NCBI GenBank assembly: GCA_002269645.1
Contig: NIVC01001420.1
Location: forward strand, 23,576-87,575
DNA: 64,000 bases
From: Macrostomum lignano
Taxonomy: Eukaryota
Reading direction: 5' to 3'
The notes below the pieces were generated by a model, which was not told where the DNA came from, searched no databases, and was given only the letters and a program-made list of their open reading frames with translations. The first letter of the stretch is position 1. Each line of letters opens with the position of its first letter. The translations under genes and the position numbers were made by a program. This document shows positions 1 to 15,800 of the stretch, in pieces.

Positions 1-1
1 C

Positions 2-98
<97 letters not shown>

Positions 99-101
99 TA
101 G

Positions 102-190
<89 letters not shown>
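1..190. repeat. (CTGT)n microsatellite, truncated by window edge
   Basis: Near-perfect CTGT tandem repeat seen directly. Confidence 0.98.
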
Positions 191-194
<4 letters not shown>

Positions 195-964
195 TAATGT
201 GAGTTCTGCGTGAATTGTCTGCATTTTTATAAAACTTTTTCCTTCCATCCTGTTTCATTTCTCCCCAGCTTCTAGGTGCCGTCAAACTGCGCAGAAGTTC
301 TCGAACTTCCCCCTAATTCTATATTTCAGTGGCCGCAATGCAGACCGGCGCTCAGTCATTGCGCTCGGACACGAGCCTCTTAGCCTCTAGGAAAAAGCAG
401 TTGAAATTCGGAAAACTGCATCGCCCAGACACGGGAGGAGAAAAAGACAGGGGGGGGGGTAGCAGAGAGCAACCAGAAAAATGCGCAATAGGAGCATCAT
501 AATGTAGGCAACGATCCCTCACTTCAACTCGCCCCATGCGGTCGGTATGCATCGTCGGTCGGTAAGTTTTTATGATGTAGAAAAAAATCCCCACCAGAAA
601 AAAACCAATTTTCCAGATCGATCGGGAATGCTTGATCTCCGTCCGCCTTGAAACCTTTCAACAGAAACCACTGTTAGATTAGTGTGAGCGAGTGCATGAG
701 TGCGTGCCTTGCGTACAGACGTATTTGCGCGCTTGTATGTGCGCTCATGAAAGTCTAGCTCCAGCAAATATTATTTGCTTTAAAGAAGAATAACTGTAAC
801 AAAAATTGGTTACCATGGACCACCCGAAAACTAAGCGATAGTCGCATGTATGACATTTCATGTTATTTAAGCGGGGATTTAGCGGCTTAATAATCGGGGA
901 CGACTAAACAGGAAAATTTTAAATTAAAAAAAATTATCTAGCAAAGGGCGAAGAGTGTAACAGG

Positions 965-2062
965 GGGAGGGGTAAAGAGGGTAACTGGAATGTAGGAAAG
1001 GATGGTAACGAGGAGGATAAAGAGAGGGTAACGGGTAAGGGAGAGGGTAACGAAGAGGGTAACGGGTGGGGGAGAGAGGGTAACGGGTGGGGGGGAGAGG
1101 GTAACGGGTGGGGGAGAGAGGGTAACAGGTGGGGGGAGAGGGTAACAGGTAAGGGAGAGAGGGTAACAGGTGGGGAGAGAGGGTAACAGGTAAGGGAGAG
1201 AGGGTAACGGGTGGGGGAGAGAGGGTAACAGGTAAGGGAGAGAGGGTAACAGGTGGGGAGAGAGGGTAACAGGTGGGGGGAGAGGGTAACAGGTGGGGAG
1301 AGAGAGTAACAGGTAAGGGAGAGAGGGTAACAGGTGGGGAGAGAGAGTAACAGGTAAGGGAGAGAGGGTAACAGGTGGGGAGAGAGGGTAACAGGTAAGG
1401 GAGAGAGGGTAACAGGTGGGGAGAGAGGGTAACAGGTAAGGGAGAGAGGGTAACAGGTGGGGAGAGAGAGTAACAGGTAAGGGAGAGAGGGTAACAGGTA
1501 AGGGAGAGAGGGTAACAGGTGGGGAGAGAGGGTAACAGGTAAGGGAGAGAGGGTAACAGGTGGGGAGAGAGAGTAACAGGTAAGGGAGAGAGGGTAACAG
1601 GTGGGGAGAGAGGGTAACAGGTGGGGAGAGAGGGTAACAGGTGGGGGGAGAGGGTAACAGGTGGGGAGAGAGAGTAACAGGTAAGGGAGAGAGGGTAACA
1701 GGTAAGGGAGAGAGGGTAACAGGTGGGGAGAGAGGGTAACAGGTAAGGGAGAGAGGGTAACAGGTGGGGGGAGAGGGTAACAGGTGGGGAGAGAGAGTAA
1801 CAGGTAAGGGAGAGAGGGTAACAGGTAAGGGAGAGAGGGTAACAGGTGGGGAGAGAGGGTAACAGGTAAGGGAGAGAGGGTAACAGGTGGGGGGAGAGGG
1901 TAACAGGTGGGGAGAGAGAGTAACAGGTAAGGGAGAGAGGGTAACAGGTGGGGAGAGAGGGTAACAGGTAAGGGAGAGAGGGTAACAGGTGGGGAGAGAG
2001 GGTAACAGGTAAGGGAGAGAGGGTAACGGGTGGGGGAGAGAGGGTAACAGGTAAGGGAGAGA
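965..2062. repeat. G-rich 20/21-bp minisatellite (GGGTAACAGGTGGGGAGAGA / GGGTAACAGGTAAGGGAGAGA)
   Basis: Roughly 50 tandem units of two interspersed variants; explains ORFs 924..2072 and 934..2160. Confidence 0.95.
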
Positions 2063-2419
2063 ATTGGAGCAAGAGATAAAATGAGTGAGGTAGTCATGGG
2101 AGAAACGGAGAAGAGAAGGGCATAAAGACAGTGATGAAGAATGAACCAGCTTCCAGACATTTCATCTCTCTAGCTGTAATACTCCCGCGAACCCAATGAT
2201 TGATTTGTAGCAAAACTGTCTTTCAGCTTGGCCAATAGGAAAAGAAGGAGATCATGAACAACTGCTAACTGCTGGGTCGTAATGTTTATGTAAAAAGCAT
2301 ACGAATCGGAGTTTGATTCATTTGGTTCTAAGGCTTTATGCGGGTCTAAAATTTAAAATGCTTGATACCGCTGCTCTCTCATAGATTGTAAACAACTTGG
2401 AAAAAAGCAATTAGAGAAT

Positions 2420-2925
2420 CTCACTCTCTGCAAGAATTCCCCATTTGAGAATCTCCCTCAGTGTAAGAATTCCCCATTAAAGAATCTACCTCTGTAAGAA
2501 TTCCCCTTTAGAGAATCTCCCTCTCTGCACGAATTCCCCATTAGAGAATCTCCCTCTATGCGAGAATTCCTCATTAGAGAATCTACTCTGCAAGAATTCC
2601 CCATTTGATAATCTCCCTCTGCACAAATTCCCCATTAGAGAATCCTTCTCTTTGAAAGAATTCGCCATTAGAGAGTCTCCCTCAGTCTAAGAACTCCCCA
2701 TTAGGGAATCTCCCTCTCTGCACGAATTCCCCATTAGAGAATCTCCCTGAGTGAGCATTCCCCATTAGAGAATCTCCCTATGAGAGAGAATTCTCCATTA
2801 GAGAATCCTCCTCAGTTGTAAGAATTTTCCATTCAAGAATCTCCCCCTGTGTGAGAATTCCCCATTAGATAATCTCCCTCACGTACTGTAAGAATTCTCC
2901 ATTAGAGAGTTTCCTTCTCTGTGAA
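2420..2925. repeat. Degenerate ~33-35-bp minisatellite (AAGAATTCCCCATTAGAGAATCTCCCTCT)
   Basis: Roughly 14 diverged tandem units. Confidence 0.9.
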
Positions 2926-3351
2926 ATCACTCATAAAATTTCATACTAGTGGTTTTTTAGTTATCAGCATTTTGACAGACACATTCTGCACAACACAGAT
3001 TAAAGACAAGCATTGTTTGTCTGCTCAAACTTCACTGCAGCCGACCTATTGAACACAGTTTAAGCCATGTGTTGTCATACGCTCGTACTTCGTAGAGCGA
3101 TCGGACCAACTCCTCAACACAATTCAGTTCAATAAGTGATGAGACCTCACAAAAGAACCGCAATGAACGCTGAGGCTTTTTTCTTAGTCATGAGAAAGCT
3201 GGAGAAGACCAGCTCAAGACAAATATTTGTCCAGTCAAAGTGAATTAGGCAGGAGCAAAAGCTGTGTGCGGTGCTTGCCGCTTGTGGCAGTCTGCTCTCC
3301 GATTTGGTGCTGTTTTCTCTCCGCATTGTAGCTTGAGCAAACTGAAGTCTG

Positions 3352-3741
<390 letters not shown>

Positions 3742-4522
3742 TACGTGTTTTTAGTTCTTTTTTGTTTTTATCATAAGCCTGGTATTTTTTTAGCTTGCTC
3801 TGTGAAGCAACCTCGGGAGTAGTGTCTCGGGTAATTGGCAAAGCTAAAAAAAGCTAATTCCAGCAGATGTGTTTACTGGGACTTATTTTAGTCCAGGTAT
3901 TGCGATAGGTTCGCAGGTGTTGTCTCGAGACGATAGAGACTCGCTAAATGAAGAATTGCAGGATAGAGAGGGGGTGACGCTGCTATAGATAGGGAAGGGA
4001 CTAATATCTGCGCATGAACTTAAATCACCCCACTGGAACAAATAGCCGAATTTTTCTACTTTAAGTAATCATAGCGAGACTTACTGCTAATTGTTTTGAA
4101 ATGGTAAATTTCGCTGTCGCTGTTTCTATTGCAAAGGCAGCACGCATTTAAATAGGTGCAGGTGTACAGCTGATTTAATCCACTACTCTCTTATTCACAA
4201 GTGCGCCGAAACTTTCTAACGAATGCTTTATTTCGTTCTAAAAAAGGAGACGCTGATTTCTATACTGCGGCTTGTAAATTAACAAATACGAGACAAGGGT
4301 TAGGCGTCAATGAAGGTGAAGGTTGGCTTCGGTATGGAGGCTAGCTCGGGTTCGCGGTGTTCATATGTGCATTGAAAATGTTAGCTTCTTGCCAACTGCT
4401 TCCCTGAATAGCTATGGATGACGTCATCGTCCCTCAAAAGGCTCTGTGGAGTTAGAGGAGTCTTGGCTGAAGTAGGCTCAATTTGAAGATCTGTGCGACA
4501 CGTCAGAATGTACATTGGAGAT

Positions 4523-4717
<195 letters not shown>

Positions 4718-5399
4718 GTCAGTCAGGACTCGCTAACGGTTAGAAATCAGAAAGACTTGTAGTCTTTAACTACATTAACTACAATGAAGTAGACATTGAG
4801 AGTGTATATGGTAGGCAATAGAAGTAGGTAGTCCAAGCGGTTTTCGAGCTAGGGCGCGCACTTACCAAATCAGCTTGACTTTGCTGAACAGGAGTATAGA
4901 AGAGGAGAGGAGAGGGCAGGACAGAGTACAGCAGTGAAGCAGCGGGCAGAGTACAGCGGCAGGGCGCATTTTCAGAGAGACAGGGGGAGGCACGGAGAAA
5001 TGGGAGGAGAGAGAATTAGCATGAGGGCGCAGGATGGACAGCCCTTGGGAACCTCTCCTGCGGGAGCCAATAGACTCTGGGCTACTGATATCTGTTTAAA
5101 AGGGGAGCGGAATCGCCAGCGCACGTTCTATCGCGTCATCTTTCTTGCCTTCTTGGCCCAATACTAGCAGGGTGTGTTTTTAGGCTATAGTTCAAACAAT
5201 ATCGTGCTGTTGATTTCTGGACTTCATTTTTCCCCGGCATATTTACCGGAAGTTAAACTGGGCGAACTGGCTGAACCAACATAGGAAAGTAGTGCTGACT
5301 CGAATATTTGAGGTCCCAGAGTTGACAACAAAGTTGTCTTCGATCAAGGCGGTAAGTAATTAACTATTGACAACTAAACAGACAGGAAGACATTGACGA

Positions 5400-5822
<423 letters not shown>

Positions 5823-6899
5823 CTCTTACGACTGTCTGTGTGTTTAGCGGGACCTGAGTTATGTTAATGCGTTACGTGGACCACGCAATTCCGGTTAAAA
5901 AATAGAGTCTGTTTTGACAACGCGAAAGGCTAGCTAGGGTTATCTTTTTGTTAACTTGACGGAATAGCCAGTTCGGGGAAACTGTGGTGGTTCACTAACT
6001 ACGTTTTGGGGACCGGGTTAGGTGGACCGCAAAAAAACAGTTGGTTTAGTTAGACCTCTTTCGTTGTAGAAAATTTATTGCTTTAAACTGTTCTTTTGAA
6101 CTAATTAAAACAGAAATTCTCAAAAAGAACAGATAAAAGGGTTACGACGTCATTTAATGAAAATATCCCAAGTTCAAACCAATTTATTTAGCATTATTAA
6201 TCGGGTTAATCGGGTTAAACAAATGTACGATCGCATTAGTTAGTTGCGTCGCGTGAATACAAGAAGGTGAATGAAAATAAAGCATTTTAAAAATAAATAC
6301 CGAATCATATCAAATACTAACTGTAAACTCATTAAAACTAATTTAGGTCAAAATGTATGCTTCAAATACATGTTAACAAACGTAAGATTCCATTAGTTAA
6401 TAAAGGTCATCCGAGTACGAGCCTACAAGAAGTTGAAGGGCATTTTTAATAACGACAAAAGTTACTAAAACTGAAATTAAATTTATTTGACTACATCAGT
6501 CCTATTATACTGAATGAGTTGGTGAGCAATCATATGCTAAGCCAATCATTTTACCGACTTTCATCTTTTCGTTCACGCAGATGATGGCTTAATCTTCTTA
6601 TTTTTTCTACGAAATATTCTCCTGGACCTTCCCTGCCTCCGTGGTCCGGGAACGCTTCTGTTATTGATCTGTCATTGCCTCTCTCACGAAGTTCAGCTTA
6701 CTCAGCCATCGAATCCGCTTTCGTCAGCTCAGCTCTATGATGAACCTTTCTATATTTCTCGTCAATTAGTGGTTTGAATCTTCTTTTAAAGTTCGTTTTA
6801 ACCTTCATCTCGGTGAAACGCAGTCAGTCTCGTCGAGATCAGGCGAACAAAATCAACCACAGGCTCCTACAAAGGTAGAAAATAAAATTAACTGACAAT

Positions 6900-9800
6900 C
6901 AAACAGACACAGAAATCTGTTCCAGTTGTGTCTGTAGGTTATGTGGACCACCTGAGAGCCAGAGCCTCAAACAGACAGAGAAATCTGTTCGAGTTGTGTC
7001 TGTAGGTTAGATGGACCAGCTATTCTACAGCACTTCTAGGCGATAATCTGAGCCAGGAATCTCCAAGAGCCTCTCGTTACACATCCAGATGTTCTGCCTT
7101 GATGCTGGACTAGCTCACTTTCTAGGAATCTGTTCTGATTGCATTCTAACAAACTGAAGCATTCTCGGCACTAAACTTTCTCGGCGGCTCTGAGAGCCAG
7201 AGCCTCAAACAGACAGAGAAATCTGTTCGAGTTGTGTCTGTAGGTTAGGTGGACCAGCTATTCTACAGCACTTCTAGGCGATAATCTGAGCCAGGAATCT
7301 CCGAGAGCCTCTCGTTACACATCCAGATGTTCTGCCTTGATGCTGGACTAGCTCACTTTCTAGGAATCTGTTCTGATTACATTCTAACAAACTGAAGCAT
7401 TCTCGGCACTAAACTTTCTCAGCGGCTCTGAGATCCAGAGCCTCAAACAGACAGAAATCTGTTCGAGTTGTGTCTGTAGGTTAGGTGGACCAGCTACTCC
7501 ACAGCACTTCTAGGCGATAATCTGAGCCAGGAGTCTTCGAGAGACTTTCGTTACACATCCAGATGTTCTGCCTTGATGCTGGACTAGCTCACTTTCTAGG
7601 AATCTGTTCTGATTGCATTCTAACAAACTGAAGCATTTTCTGCACTAAACTTTCTCGGCGGCTCTAAGAGCCAGAGCCTAAACAGACAGAGAAATCTGCT
7701 CGAGTTGTGTCTGTAGGTTAGGTGGACCACCTTCTGAGAAACAAAGCCTCAAACAGACTGAGAGAGCTGCTTCAGTTCTGTCTGTAGGTTATGTGGACCA
7801 TTTAAGAGCCAGAGTCTCAAACAGACAGAGAAATCTGTTCGAGTTGTGTCTGTAGGTTAGGTGGACCAGCTATTCTACAGCACTTCTAGACGATAATCCG
7901 AGCCAGGAATCTCCGAGAGCCTCTCGTTACACATCCAGATGTTCTGCCTTGATGCTGGACTAGCTCACTTTCTAGGAATCTGTTCTGATTGCATTCTAAC
8001 AAACTGAAGCATTTTCTGCACTAAACTTTCTCGGTGGCTCTAAGAGCCAGAGCCTAAACAGACAGAGAAATCTGCTTGAGGAGTTGTGTCTGTAGGTTAG
8101 GTGGACCACCTTCTGAGAGACAAAGCCTCAAACAGACTGAGAGAGCTGCTTCAGTTCTGTTTGTAGGTTATGTGGACCATTTAAGAGCCAGAGCCTCAAA
8201 CAGACAGAGAAATCTGTTCGAGTTGTGTCTGTATGTTAGGTGGACCAGCTATTCTACAGCACTTCTAGGCGATAATCTGAGCCAGGAATCTCCAAGAGCC
8301 TCTCGTTACACATCCAGATGTTCTGCCTTGATGCTGGACTAGCTCACTTTCTAGGAATCTGTTCTGATTGCATTCTAACAAACTGAAGCATTCTCGGCAC
8401 TAAACTTTCTCAGCGGCTCTGAGAGCCAGAGCCTCAAACAGACAGAGAAATCTGTTCGAGTTGTGTCTGTAGGTTAGGTGGACCAGCTACTCCACAGCAC
8501 TTCTAGGCGATAATCTGAGCCAGGAATCTCCGAGAGCCTCTCGTTACACATCCAGATGTTCTGCCTTGATGCTGGACTAGCTCACTTTCTAGGAATCTGT
8601 TCTGATTGCATTCTAACAAACTGAAGCATTCTCGGCACTAAACTTTCTCAGCGGCTCTGAGAGCCAGAGCCTCAAACAGACAGAAATCTGTTCGAGTTGT
8701 GTCTGTAGGTTAGATGGACCAGCTATTCTACAGCACTTCTAGGCGATAATCTGAGCCAGGAATCTCCAAGAGCCTCTCGTTACACATCCAGATGTTCTGC
8801 CTTGATGCTGGACTAGCTCACTTTCTAGGAATCTGTTCTGATTGCATTCTAACAAACTGAAGCATTCTCGGCACTAAACTTTCTCGGCGGCTCTGAGAGA
8901 CAGAGCCTCAAACAGACAGAGAAATCTGTTCGAGTTGTGTCTGTAGGTTAGGTGGACCAGCTATTCTACAGCACTTCTAGGCGATAATCTGAGCCAGGAA
9001 TCTCCGAGAGCCTTTCGTTACACATCCAGATGTTCTGCCTTGATGCTGGACTAGCTCACTTTCTAGGAATCTGTTCTGATTACATTCTAACAAACTGAAG
9101 CATTCTCGGCACTAAACTTTCTCAGCGGCTCTGAGATCCAGAGCCTCAAACAGACAGAAATCTGTTCGAGTTGTGTCTGTAGGTTAGATGGACCAGCTAC
9201 TCCACAGCACTTCTAGGCGATAATCTGAGCCAGGAGTCTTCGAGAGACTTTCGTTACACATCCAGATGTTCTGCCTTGATGCTGGACTAGCTCACTTTCT
9301 AGGAATCTGTTCTGATTGCATTGTAACAAACTGAAGCATTTTCTGCACTAAACTTTCTCGGCGGCTCTAAGAGCCAGAGCCTAAACAGACAGAGAAATCT
9401 GCTCGAGTTGTGTCTGTAGGTTAGGTGGACCACCTTCTGAGAGACAAAGCCTCAAACAGACTGAGAGAGCTGCTTCAGTTCTGTCTGTAGGTTATGTGGA
9501 CCATTTAAGAGCCAGAGCCTCAAACAGACAGAGAAATCTGTTCGAGTTGTGTCTTTAGGTTAGGTGGACCAGCTATTCTACAGCACTTCTAGGCGATAAT
9601 CCGAGCCAGGAATCTCCGAGAGCCTCTCGTTACACATCCAGATGTTTTGCCTTGATGCTGGACTAGCTCACTTTCTAGGAATCTGTTCTGATTGCATTCT
9701 AACAAACTGAAGCATTTTCTGCACTAAACTTTCTCGGTGGCTCTAAGAGCCAGAGCCTAAACAGACAGAGAAATCTGCTCGAGTTGTGTCTGTAGGTTAG

Positions 9801-12800
9801 GTGGACCACCTTCTGAGAGACAAAGCCTCAAACAGACTGAGAGAGCTGCTTCAGTTCTGTTTGTAGGTTATGTGGACCATTTAAGAGCCAGAGCCTCAAA
9901 CAGACAGAGAAATCTGTTCGAGTTGTGTCTGTATGTTAGGTGGACCAGCTATTCTACAGCACTTCTAGGCGATAATCTGAGCCAGGAATCTCCGAGAGCC
10001 TCTCGTTACACATCCAGATGTTCTGCCTTGATGCTGGACTAGCTCACTTTCTAGCATACATGCGCAACAGTCGGCCGAGTCGGCCGATCCGGCCGACCGA
10101 TTTGGCGGCCAACCAAGGTAAGTCGCAAAAATGCCCACCCGAAAGAATCATACGTAGTACTAATTAGATGACGAGGCATTTAGCCCTTATAAGACAGTTA
10201 TAGTTACTCCTGCCGTTTACCCAAAATTGCGTTCATTTTGCTTAAGGGTTTCTTTTACAGGTAAGTCGCATTTTTGGCCAAAAACTACGTCGCATTTTTT
10301 GTTAAAACTAAGTCGCACGGCCGACCGAATTTTGGAGGTTGCGCATGTATGCTTTCTAGGAATCTGTTCTGATTGCATTCTAACAAACTGAAGCATTCTC
10401 GGCACTAAACTTTCTCGGCGGCTCTGAGAGCCAGAGCCTTAAACAGACAGAAATCTGTTCGAGTTGTGTCTGTAGGTTAGATGGACCAGCTATTCTACAG
10501 CACTTCTAGGCGATAATCTGAGCCAGGAATCTCCAAGAGCCTCTCGTTACACATCCAGATGTTCTGCCTTGATGCTGGACTAGCTCACTTTCTAGGAATC
10601 TGTTCTGATTGCATTCTAACAAACTGAAGCATTCTCGGCACTAAACTTTCTCGGCGGCTCTGAGAGCCAGAGCCTCAAACAGACAGAGAAATCTGTTCGA
10701 GTTGTGTCTGTAGGTTAGGTGGACCAGCTATTCTACAGCACTTCTAGGCGATAATCTGAGCCAGGAATCTCCGAGAGCCTCTCGTTACACATCCAGATGT
10801 TCTGCCTTGATGCTGGACTAGCTCACTTTCTAGGAATCTGTTCTGATTACATTCTAACAAACTGAAGAATTCTCGGCACTAAACTTTCTCAGCGGCTCTG
10901 GGATCCAGAGCCTCAAACAGACAGAAATCTGTTCGAGTTGTGTCTGTAGGTTAGGTGGACCAGCTACTCCACAGCACTTCTAGGCGATAATCTGAGCCAG
11001 GAGTCTTCGAGAGACTTTCGTTACACATCCAGATGTTCTGCCTTGATGCTGGACTAGCTCACGTTCTAGGAATCTGTTCTGATTGCATTGTAACAAACTG
11101 AAGCATTTTCTGCACTAAACTTTCTCGGCGGCTCTAAGAGCCAGAGCCTAAACAGACAGAGAAATCTGCTCGAGTTGTGTCTGTAGGTTAGGTGGACCAC
11201 CTTCTGAGAGACAAAGCCTCAAACAGACTGAGAGAGCTGCTTCAGTTCTGTCTGTAGGTTATGTGGACCATTTAAGAGCCAGAGCCTCAAACAGACAGAA
11301 ATCTGTTCGAGTTGTGTCTGTAGGTTAGGTGGACCAGCTACTCCACAGCACTTCTAGGCGATAATCCGAGCCAGGAATCTCCGAGAGCCTCTCGTTACAC
11401 ATCCAGATGTTCTGCCTTGATGCTGGACTAGCTCACTTTCTAGGAATCTGTTCTGATTGCATTCTAACAAACTGAAGCATTTTCTGCACTAAACTTTCTC
11501 GGTGGCTCTAAGAGCCAGAGCCTAAACAGACAGAGAAATCTGCTCGAGTTGTGTCTGTAGGTTAGGTGGACCACCTTCTGAGAGACAAAGCCTCAAACAG
11601 ACTGAGAGAGCTGCTTCAGTTCTGTCTGTAGGTTATGTGGACCATTTAAGAGCCAGAGCCTCAAACAGACAGAGAAATCTGTTCGAGTTGTGTCTGTAGG
11701 TTAGGTGGACCAGCTATTCTACAGCACTTCTAGGCGATAATCCGAGCCAGGAATCTCTAAGAGCCTCTCGTTACGCATCCAGATGTTCTGCCTTGATGCT
11801 GGACTAGCTCACTTTCTAGGAATCTGTTCTGATTGCATTCTAACAAACTGAAGCATTCTCGGCACTAAACTTTCTCGGCGGCTCTAAGAGCCAGAGCCTC
11901 AAACAGACAGAGAAATCTGTTCGAGTTGTGTCTGTAAGTTAGATGGACCAGCTATTCTACAGCACTTCTAGGCGATAATCTGAGCCAGGAATCTCCGAGA
12001 GCCTCTCGTTACACATCCAGATGTTCTGCCTTGATGCTGGACTAGCTCACATTCTAGGAATCTGTTCTGATTGCATTCTAACAAACTGAAGCATTCTCGG
12101 CAACAAAAAATTCTCGGCGGCTCTGAGAGCCAGAGCCTCAAACAGACAGAGAAATCTGTTCGAGTTGAGTCTGTAGGTTAGGTGGACCAGCTACTCCACA
12201 GCACTTCTAGGCGATAATCTGAGCCAGGAATCTCCGAGAGCCTCTCGTTACACATCCAGATGTTCTGCCTTGATGCTGGACTAGCTCACTTTCTAGGAAT
12301 CTGTTCTGATTGCATTCTAACAAACTGAAGCATTCTCGGCACTAAACTTTCTCGGCGGCTCTGACAGCCAGAGCCTTAAACAGACAGAAATCTGTTCGAG
12401 TTGTGTCTGTAGGTTAGATGGACCAGCTATTCTACAGCACTTCTAGGCGATAATCTGAGCCAGGAATCTCCAAGAGCCTCTCGTTACACATCCAGATGTT
12501 CTGCCTTGATGCTGGACTAGCTCACTTTCTAGGAATCTGTTCTGATTGCATTCTAACAAACTGAAGCATTCTCGGCACTAAACTTTCTCGGCGGCTCTGA
12601 GAGCCAGAGCCTCAAACAGACAGAGAAATCTGTTCGAGTTGTGTCTGTAGGTTAGGTGGACCAGCTATTCTACAGCACTTCTAGGCGATAATCTGAGCCA
12701 GGAATCTCCGAGAGCCTCTCGTTACACATCCAGATGTTCTGCCTTGATGCTGGACTAGCTCACTTTCTAGGAATCTGTTCTGATTGCATTCTAACAAACT

Positions 12801-15800
12801 GAAGCATTCTCGGCACTAAACTTTCTCAGCGGCTCTGGGATCCAGAGCCTCAAACAGACAGAAATCTGTTCGAGTTGTGTCTGTAGGTTAGGTGGACCAG
12901 CTACTCCACAGCACTTCTAGGCGATAATCTGAGCCAGGAGTCTTCGAGAGACTTTCGTTACACATCCAGATGTTCTGCCTTGATGCTGGACTAGCTCACG
13001 TTCTAGGAATCTGTTCTGATTGCATTGTAACAAACTGAAGCATTTTCTGCACTAAACTTTCTCGGCGGCTCTAAGAGCCAGAGCCTAAACAGACAGAGAA
13101 ATCTGCTCGAGTTGTGTCTGTAGGTTAGGTGGACCACCTTCTGAGAGACAAAGCCTCAAACAGACTGAGAGAGCTGCTTCAGTTCTGTCTGTAGGTTATG
13201 TGGACCATTCAAGAGCCAGAGCCTCAAACAGACAGAAATCTGTTCGAGTTGTGTCTGTAGGTTAGGTGGACCAGCTACTCCACAGCACTTCTAGGCGATA
13301 ATCCGAGCCAGGAATCTCCGAGAGCCTCTCGTTACACATCCAGATGTTCTGCCTTGATGCTGGACTAGCTCACTTTCTAGGAATCTGTTCTGATTGCATT
13401 CTAACAAACTGAAGCATTTTCTGCACTAAACTTTCTCGGTGGCTCTAAGAGCCAGAGCCTAAACAGAAAGAAAAATCTGCTCGAGTTGTGTCTGTAGGTT
13501 AGGTGGACCACCTTCTGAGAGACAAAGCCTCAAACAGACTGAGAGAGCTGCTTCAGTTCTGTTTGTAGGTTATGTGGACCATTTAAGAGCCAGAGCCTCA
13601 AACAGACAGAGAAATCTGTTCGAGTTGTGTCTGTAGGTTAGATGGACCAGCTATTCTACAGCACTTCTAGGCGATAATCTGAGCCAGGAATCTCCAAGAG
13701 CCTCTCGTTACACATCCAGATGTTCTGCCTTGATGCTGGACTAGCTCACTTTCTAGGAATCTGTTCTGATTGCATTCTAACAAACTGAAGCATTCTCGGC
13801 ACTAAACTTTCTCGGCGGCTCTGAGAGCCAGAGCCTCAAACAGACAGAGAAATCTGTTCGAGTTGTGTCTGTAGGTTAGGTGGACCAGCTATTCTACAGC
13901 ACTTCTAGGCGATAATCTGAGCCAGGAGTCTTCGAGAGACTTTCGTTACACATCCAGATGTTCTGCCTTGATGCTGGACTAGCTCACGTTCTAGGAATCT
14001 GTTCTGATTGCATTGTAACAAACTGAAGCATTTTCTGCACTAAACTTTCTCGGCGGCTCTAAGAGCCAGAGCCTAAACAGACAGAGAAATCTGCTCGAAT
14101 TGTGTCTGTAGGTTAGGTGGACCACCTTCTGAGAGACAAAGCCTCAAACAGACTGAGAGAGCTGCTTCAGTTCTGTCTGTAGGTTATGTGGACCATTTAA
14201 GAGCCAGAGCCTCAAACAGACAGAGAAATCTGTTCGAGTTGTGTCTGTAGGTTAGGTGGACCAGCTATTCTACAGCACTTCTAGGCGATAATCCGAGCCA
14301 GGAATCTCCGAGAGCCTCTCGTTACACATCCAGATGTTCTGCCTTGATGCTGGACTAGCTCACTTTCTAGGAATCTGTTCTGATTGCATTCTAACAAACT
14401 GAAGCATTTTCTGCACTAAACTTTCTCGGTGGCTCTAAGAGCCAGAGCCTAAACAGACAGAGAAATCTGCTCGAGTTGTGTCTGTAGGTTAGGTGGACCA
14501 CCTTCTGAGAGACAAAGCCTCAAACAGACTGAGAGAGCTGCTTCAGTTCTGTCTGTAGGTTATGTGGACCATTTAAGAGCCAGAGCCTCAAACAGACAGA
14601 GAAATCTGTTCGAGTTGTGTCTTTAGGTTAGGTGGACCAGCTATTCTACAGCACTTCTAGGCGATAATCTGAGCCAGGAATCTCCGAGAGCCTCTCGTTA
14701 CACATCCAGATGTTCTGCCTTGATGCTGGACTAGCTCACTTTCTAGGAATCTGTTCTGATTGCATTCTAACAAACTGAAGCATTCTCGGCACTAAATTTT
14801 CTCGGCGGCTCTGAGAGCCAGAGCCTCAAACAGACAGAGAAATCTGTTCGAGTTGTGTCTGTAGGTTAGGTGGACCAGCTATTCTACAGCACTTCTAGGC
14901 GATAATCTGAGCCAGGAATCTCCAAGAGCCTCTCGTTACACATCCAGATGTTCTGCCTTGATGCTGGACTAGCTTACTTTCTAGGAATCTGTTCTGATTA
15001 CATTCTAACAAACTGAAGCATTCTCGGCACTAAACTTTCTCGGCGGCTCTGAGAGCCAGAGCCTCAAACAGACAGAAATCTGTTCGAGTTGTGTCTGTAG
15101 GTTAGGTGGACCAGCTACTCCACAGCACTTCTAGGCGATAATCTGAGCCAGGAGTCTTCGAGAGACTTTCGTTACACATCCAGATGTTCTGCCTTGATGC
15201 TGGACTAGCTCACTTTCTAGGAATCTGTTCTGATTGCATTGTAACAAACTGAAGCATTTTCTGCACTAAACTTTCTCGGCGGCTCTAAGAGCCAGAGCCT
15301 AAACAGACAGAGAAATCTGCTCGAGTTGTGTCTGTAGGTTAGGTGGACCACCTTCTGAGAGACAAAGCCTCAAACAGACTGAGAGAGCTGCTTCAGTTCT
15401 GTCTGTAGGTTATGTGGACCATTTAAGAGCCAGAGCCTCAAACAGACAGAGAAATCTGTTCGAGTTGTGTCTGTAGGTTAGGTGGACCAGCTATTCTACA
15501 GCACTTCTAGGCGATAATCCGAGCCAGGAATCTCTAAGAGCCTCTCGTTACGCATCCAGATGTTCTGCCTTGATGCTGGACTAGCTCACTTTCTAGGAAT
15601 CTGTTCTGATTGCATTCTAACAAACTGAAGCATTCTCGGCACTAAACTTTCTCGGCGGCTCTAAGAGCCAGAGCCTCAAACAGACAGAGAAATCTGTTCG
15701 AGTTGTGTCTGTAAGTTAGATGGACCAGCTATTCTACAGCACTTCTAGGCGATAATCTGAGCCAGGAATCTCCGAGAGCCTCTCGTTACACATCCAGATG

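Noticed and set aside
10048-10358. Alternative MITE parses (15-bp TIR with 6-bp TSD, or 16-bp TIR with 4-bp TSD)
   Set aside because: Sibling copies begin at CAT/CGT, which supports the 14-bp TIR with an 8-bp TSD.
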